Assembly (NCBI GenBank): GCA_024404815.1
Contig: JAKSPL010000006.1
Coordinates: 7,414-71,413 of the forward strand
From: Oscillospiraceae bacterium
Lineage (GTDB): Bacteria > Bacillota > Clostridia > Oscillospirales > Ruminococcaceae
Direction of reading: 5' to 3'
Length of the DNA: 64,000 nucleotides
The notes beneath the pieces are model-generated. The model had not been told where the DNA came from. It saw only the letters and a list, made by a program, of their open reading frames with translations, and searched no databases. The stretch's first letter is position 1. Every line of letters begins with the position of its first letter. The position numbers were made by a program, and so were the translations under genes. Positions 60,567 to 64,000 of the stretch are shown here, piece by piece.

Positions 60567-61266
60567 TCCGACCATCGGCATTATCGGCGCGATGAAATCG
60601 GAGGTGGACTATGTCAAGGGCATCCTGACGGAAACCTCTGTGACGACCATCAGCGGTGTGGAATTTGTCACGGGCAAATACGGCAGACTGAACTGTGTGG
60701 TCGCAGTCTGCGGCATCGGCAAGGTTTTTGCGGCGATTTGCGCCCAGACTATGATTCTGACCTATCATCCTGATTTTCTGGTCAACATCGGTGTCGGCGG
60801 TTCGCTGACGCAGGGTTTGCAGATCGGCGATGTGGCGATTGCGACTTCTGTCGTACAGCACGACATGGACACAAGTCCTCTGGGCGATCCTGTCGGACTG
60901 ATCTCGGGTATCAATGTCATCCATTTCCTCTGTGCGCCGTTCTATGTCGGTGACTTTGCGCTGGCAGCGGATGCTGTCGGTGTACGCTGGCGCAAGGGCG
61001 TTGTGGCATCGGGTGACTGTTTTGTCTGCGACAGCGCGAAAAAACAGCAGATCGCGGAACGCTTCGATGCAATCGTCTGCGAAATGGAGGGCGGTGCCAT
61101 CGGACACGTCTGCTATGTCAATCAGGTGGATTTCTGTGTTCTGCGTGCAGTATCCGACAACGGCGATGAGAATGCAAATCAGGATTATTCGATCGCGCTG
61201 GAACTGGCATCGGGCAACGCGCTGAAAGTGCTGGAGGAATTCCTCAAGCGACTGGCAAAGGCATAA
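60547..61266 (+). CDS. mtnN: 5'-methylthioadenosine/S-adenosylhomocysteine nucleosidase
   Basis: [36 protein letters not shown] motifs. 20-nt overlap with luxS. Confidence 0.9.
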   Translation: MLIGKSNPTIGIIGAMKSEVDYVKGILTETSVTTISGVEFVTGKYGRLNCVVAVCGIGKVFAAICAQTMILTYHPDFLVNIGVGGSLTQGLQIGDVAIATSVVQHDMDTSPLGDPVGLISGINVIHFLCAPFYVGDFALAADAVGVRWRKGVVASGDCFVCDSAKKQQIAERFDAIVCEMEGGAIGHVCYVNQVDFCVLRAVSDNGDENANQDYSIALELASGNALKVLEEFLKRLAKA

Positions 61267-61283
61267 ACGAAAGGATTTTTCAC

Positions 61284-61631
61284 ATGATAAAGGTAGATTT
61301 GAATGACCTCGACCGCTTCTTTCAGAAAAGTGAGCTGATTCCTGCAATCTGTTACGAGGTCGATACGAAAACCGTGCTGATGCTTGCATATATGAACAAG
61401 GAGAGCCTGAAGCGGACACTTGAAACGGGCTACACATGGTTTTGGAGCCGTTCCAGACAGGAATACTGGAACAAGGGCGCAACATCGGGACATCTGCAAA
61501 AGGTCGTTTCGATTTTTGCAGACTGTGACGATGATACGCTGCTGGTGAATGTCAAGCAGACGGGTGTCGCCTGCCATACAGGCTCATACAGCTGCTTTTT
61601 CAAGGAATTATATACCGAGGAGGATACATAA
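61284..61631 (+). CDS. hisI: Phosphoribosyl-AMP cyclohydrolase
   Basis: [43 protein letters not shown]...DCDDDTLL...[12 protein letters not shown]. Confidence 0.95.
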   Translation: MIKVDLNDLDRFFQKSELIPAICYEVDTKTVLMLAYMNKESLKRTLETGYTWFWSRSRQEYWNKGATSGHLQKVVSIFADCDDDTLLVNVKQTGVACHTGSYSCFFKELYTEEDT

Positions 61632-61970
61632 ATGAACGTATATCAGGAGATTTTTGAAGTCATCAAGGCGCGTAAGGCTGCCTTTGAAGCAGGTCAGGCG
61701 CAGGAGAATTCCTACACCGCATACCTGTTTGACAAGGGTGTGGATAAGATCTGCAAGAAGGTCGGCGAGGAAGCGACCGAAACCGTTATCGCCGCAAAGA
61801 ACGGCGACAATGACGAACTGATGAACGAGATCAACGATCTGCTGTATCATGTGATGGTGCTTGCGGCAAATCAGGGACTGGACTGGACGGATGTCGAGCG
61901 TGTTCTGGAAGAACGCAACGAGAAGATCGGCAATCTCAAACAGTTCCATCAGGTCGATAAAAACACCTGA
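61632..61970 (+). CDS. hisE: Phosphoribosyl-ATP pyrophosphatase
   Basis: SYTAYLFDKGVDKICKKVGEEATETVIAAKN...EINDLLYHVMVL. ATG immediately follows the hisI TAA. Confidence 0.9.
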   Translation: MNVYQEIFEVIKARKAAFEAGQAQENSYTAYLFDKGVDKICKKVGEEATETVIAAKNGDNDELMNEINDLLYHVMVLAANQGLDWTDVERVLEERNEKIGNLKQFHQVDKNT

Positions 61971-61991
61971 ACAATCTGCATATCCGAATGG

Positions 61992-62026
61992 AAACCGCGT
62001 GGGCGGATGGGCGCACGCGGTTTTGT
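61992..62026 (+). terminator. Intrinsic terminator
   Basis: aaccgcgtg / cacgcggtt stem followed by tttg. Confidence 0.65.
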
Positions 62027-62060
62027 ATATCCAAATACTGCATGAGGGGAGGGAATACGG

Positions 62061-64000
62061 ATGGAGGATTTTGTACATCTGCACGTACATACGGAATACT
62101 CGCTGCTGGACGGTGCGTGCCGTATTGACAAGCTGATCGAACAGGTAAAGCAACTGGGGCAGAAGTCTGTTGCAATCACCGATCACGGTGTTATGTACGG
62201 TGTGATTCCGTTCTATCAGGCGGCAAAAGCGGCAGGCATTCACCCGATCATCGGCTGTGAGATCTATGTCGCGCCGCGTTCACGATTCGACAAAGAAACG
62301 ATGGCAGACCGCCGTCCGTATCACCTGACGCTGCTCTGCGAGAATTTGCAGGGCTACCGCAATCTCGTACAGATCGTATCGAAAGCGCAGTTAGAGGGAT
62401 TCTATAACCGTCCGCGTGCCGACTGGGAACTGCTGACACAGTACCATGAGGGTTTGGTTGCGCTTTCAGGCTGCATGAGCGGTGAGGTCGCAAGACTCTT
62501 GCTCGCAGGGGACTATCAGGCGGCAAAGGCAACGGCGGTACGCTATGCGGAGCTGTTTGGAAAAGACCACTACTATCTGGAGATACAGCGGCACGATTTG
62601 CGCGAAGATCTGACGGTCTGCAATGGCCTGCGGCATATCTCCGAGGAAACAGGCATTCCGCTTGCGGCGACTAACGATGCACACTACCTGACCAAAGAGG
62701 ATGCGACGCTCCAGAAACTGCTGGTCTGCATCCAGACGGGCTCAACGCTTTCTTCGCCGTCTGCAATGACTATGCCGAACGACACATTTTGTCTGCACTC
62801 CACCGAGGAGATGAACGCACGGTTTTCGGATTTCCCCGATGCACTTCGCAACACGGTGAAAATCGCAGAGATGTGTCAGGTGGAGTTTACGTTCGGACAA
62901 ATTGCCCTGCCGAAATACCATGCGGAGGGTGTGACCGATACCACCGCATATTTCCGTTCTCTGCTGGAGGAGGGACTGCACAGGCGTTACGGGGACACTC
63001 CCGATGATGCTGTCAAAGCGCGTCTTTCCTATGAATTCGATGTGATTGTCCGCATGGGCTATGTGGACTATTTCCTGATCGTCTGGGATTTTGTCCACTA
63101 TGCAAAGAGCCACGATATTCCCGTTGGACCTGGGCGCGGTTCGGGTGCAGGCAGTCTGTGTGCCTATCTCATCGGTATTACGGACATTGATCCGCTGAAA
63201 AACGGACTGCTGTTTGAACGATTTCTGAACCCTGAGCGTGTGTCGATGCCTGACTTTGATATTGATTTCTGCATTGAGGGCAGACAGCGCGTGATTGATT
63301 ATGTCACGGGACGGTACGGCGAGGAGCGTGTTGCACAGATCATTGCGTTCGATACGCTGAAAGCGCGTGCGGCGGTGCGCGATACGGGCAGAGCGATGGA
63401 TCTGCCCTATGCGCTCTGCGATCAGGTCGCAAAACTGATCCCGCACGATTTGAATATGACGCTTTCCCGTGCATTGGAAGAATCGGAGGAGCTTGCGGAA
63501 CTGAACCGCACGGATACACAGGTGCATCGGCTTTTGGAACTTGCCATGCAGCTGGAGGGAATGCCGCGCCATGCGTCTACGCACGCGGCTGGTGTGGTGA
63601 TCTCTGCTGTGCCTGTTGCGGAGCAGGTGCCGCTGCAAAAGAACGATGATGCTGTGATCACGCAGTATACGATGACGATTCTCGAAAGCCTCGGACTGCT
63701 GAAAATGGATTTTCTGGGACTGAGAAATCTGACAGTCATTCACGATGCGGAGCGGCAGATCCAGAAGCGGCTGCCGAATTTCCGAATGCAGACAATCCCC
63801 GAAGACGATGCGGCGGTGTTTCGGATGCTTGCAAAGGGCGACAGTCTGGGCGTGTTCCAGCTGGAGTCCGACGGCATCCGACGGGTGTTGATGCAGATGC
63901 AGCCGACCTGTCTTGCGGATATTACCGCGGTGATTTCGCTCTACCGTCCCGGCCCGATGGATTCCATTCCGCAGTATCTCAAATGTCGGAGCAATCCTGC
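62061..64000 (+). CDS. dnaE: DNA polymerase III alpha subunit, N-terminal part (runs off the window)
   Basis: Not in the ORF track because no stop occurs before the window end. ATG at 62061 after GAGGGGAGGGA. My translation MEDFVHLHVHTEYSLLDGACRIDKLIEQ...ITDHGVMYG...HPIIGCEIYV is a PHP domain, followed by GPGRGSGAGSL. Confidence 0.9.
   Translation, partial: MEDFVHLHVHTEYSLLDGACRIDKLIEQVKQLGQKSVAITDHGVMYGVIPFYQAAKAAGIHPIIGCEIYVAPRSRFDKETMADRRPYHLTLLCENLQGYRNLVQIVSKAQLEGFYNRPRADWELLTQYHEGLVALSGCMSGEVARLLLAGDYQAAKATAVRYAELFGKDHYYLEIQRHDLREDLTVCNGLRHISEETGIPLAATNDAHYLTKEDATLQKLLVCIQTGSTLSSPSAMTMPNDTFCLHSTEEMNARFSDFPDALRNTVKIAEMCQVEFTFGQIALPKYHAEGVTDTTAYFRSLLEEGLHRRYGDTPDDAVKARLSYEFDVIVRMGYVDYFLIVWDFVHYAKSHDIPVGPGRGSGAGSLCAYLIGITDIDPLKNGLLFERFLNPERVSMPDFDIDFCIEGRQRVIDYVTGRYGEERVAQIIAFDTLKARAAVRDTGRAMDLPYALCDQVAKLIPHDLNMTLSRALEESEELAELNRTDTQVHRLLELAMQLEGMPRHASTHAAGVVISAVPVAEQVPLQKNDDAVITQYTMTILESLGLLKMDFLGLRNLTVIHDAERQIQKRLPNFRMQTIPEDDAAVFRMLAKGDSLGVFQLESDGIRRVLMQMQPTCLADITAVISLYRPGPMDSIPQYLKCRSNP

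Noticed and set aside
62742-63743. 333-aa minus-strand ORF
   Set aside because: It is antisense to dnaE. That plus-frame ORF is missing from the track only because it has no stop before the window end.

Overview
This 64-kb chromosomal window comes from a moderately GC-rich Gram-positive anaerobe. Gene content suggests a cellulosome-producing Clostridia member, probably Ruminococcus-like. That placement is an inference from four dockerin-bearing proteins, one cohesin-like module and Firmicutes-type housekeeping neighbours.

I support 54 protein-coding genes:
- Housekeeping: rlmB, hom, cmk, plsC, ftsK, uppP, aqpZ, thrH, luxS, mtnN, hisI, hisE and a partial dnaE.
- Beta-glucan/cellulosome island (5.9-16 kb): a GH16+CBM lipoprotein, an LRR-dockerin-cohesin protein, a GH5 without a leader peptide, a dockerin-3xGH16 enzyme, an AraC regulator and an LRR-dockerin protein.
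- Regulatory cluster (28-32 kb): AraC/GyrI, an ECF sigma/anti-sigma pair and an XRE+DUF2975 pair.
- A 2139-aa S8 protease-LRR-dockerin protein.

I also list 11 near-consensus sigma-A promoters, 17 intrinsic terminators and several tandem or dispersed repeats. I recognised no rRNA, tRNA, CRISPR array, transposase or prophage genes.

Most interesting observations:
1. An 880-aa membrane protein is colinear with P1B-type ATPases, but every catalytic motif is degenerate.
2. A PBP5/S11-like protein has lost its SxxK nucleophile (YLTQ) and is translationally coupled to a DUF6311 membrane protein.
3. A multi-hairpin repeat of about 240-255 bp occurs as two inverted copies, each next to an intrinsic terminator whose arm is partly duplicated on the other side of the element.
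4. The cellulosomal proteins have unusual architectures: an LRR-dockerin-cohesin protein, an N-terminal dockerin with a triplicated GH16, and a giant S8-LRR-dockerin protein.
5. Two repeat proteins lack an evident function: a Cys-repeat lipoprotein and a proline-rich protein with 41-aa repeats.

All family assignments come from motif recognition by eye. No database searches were run.
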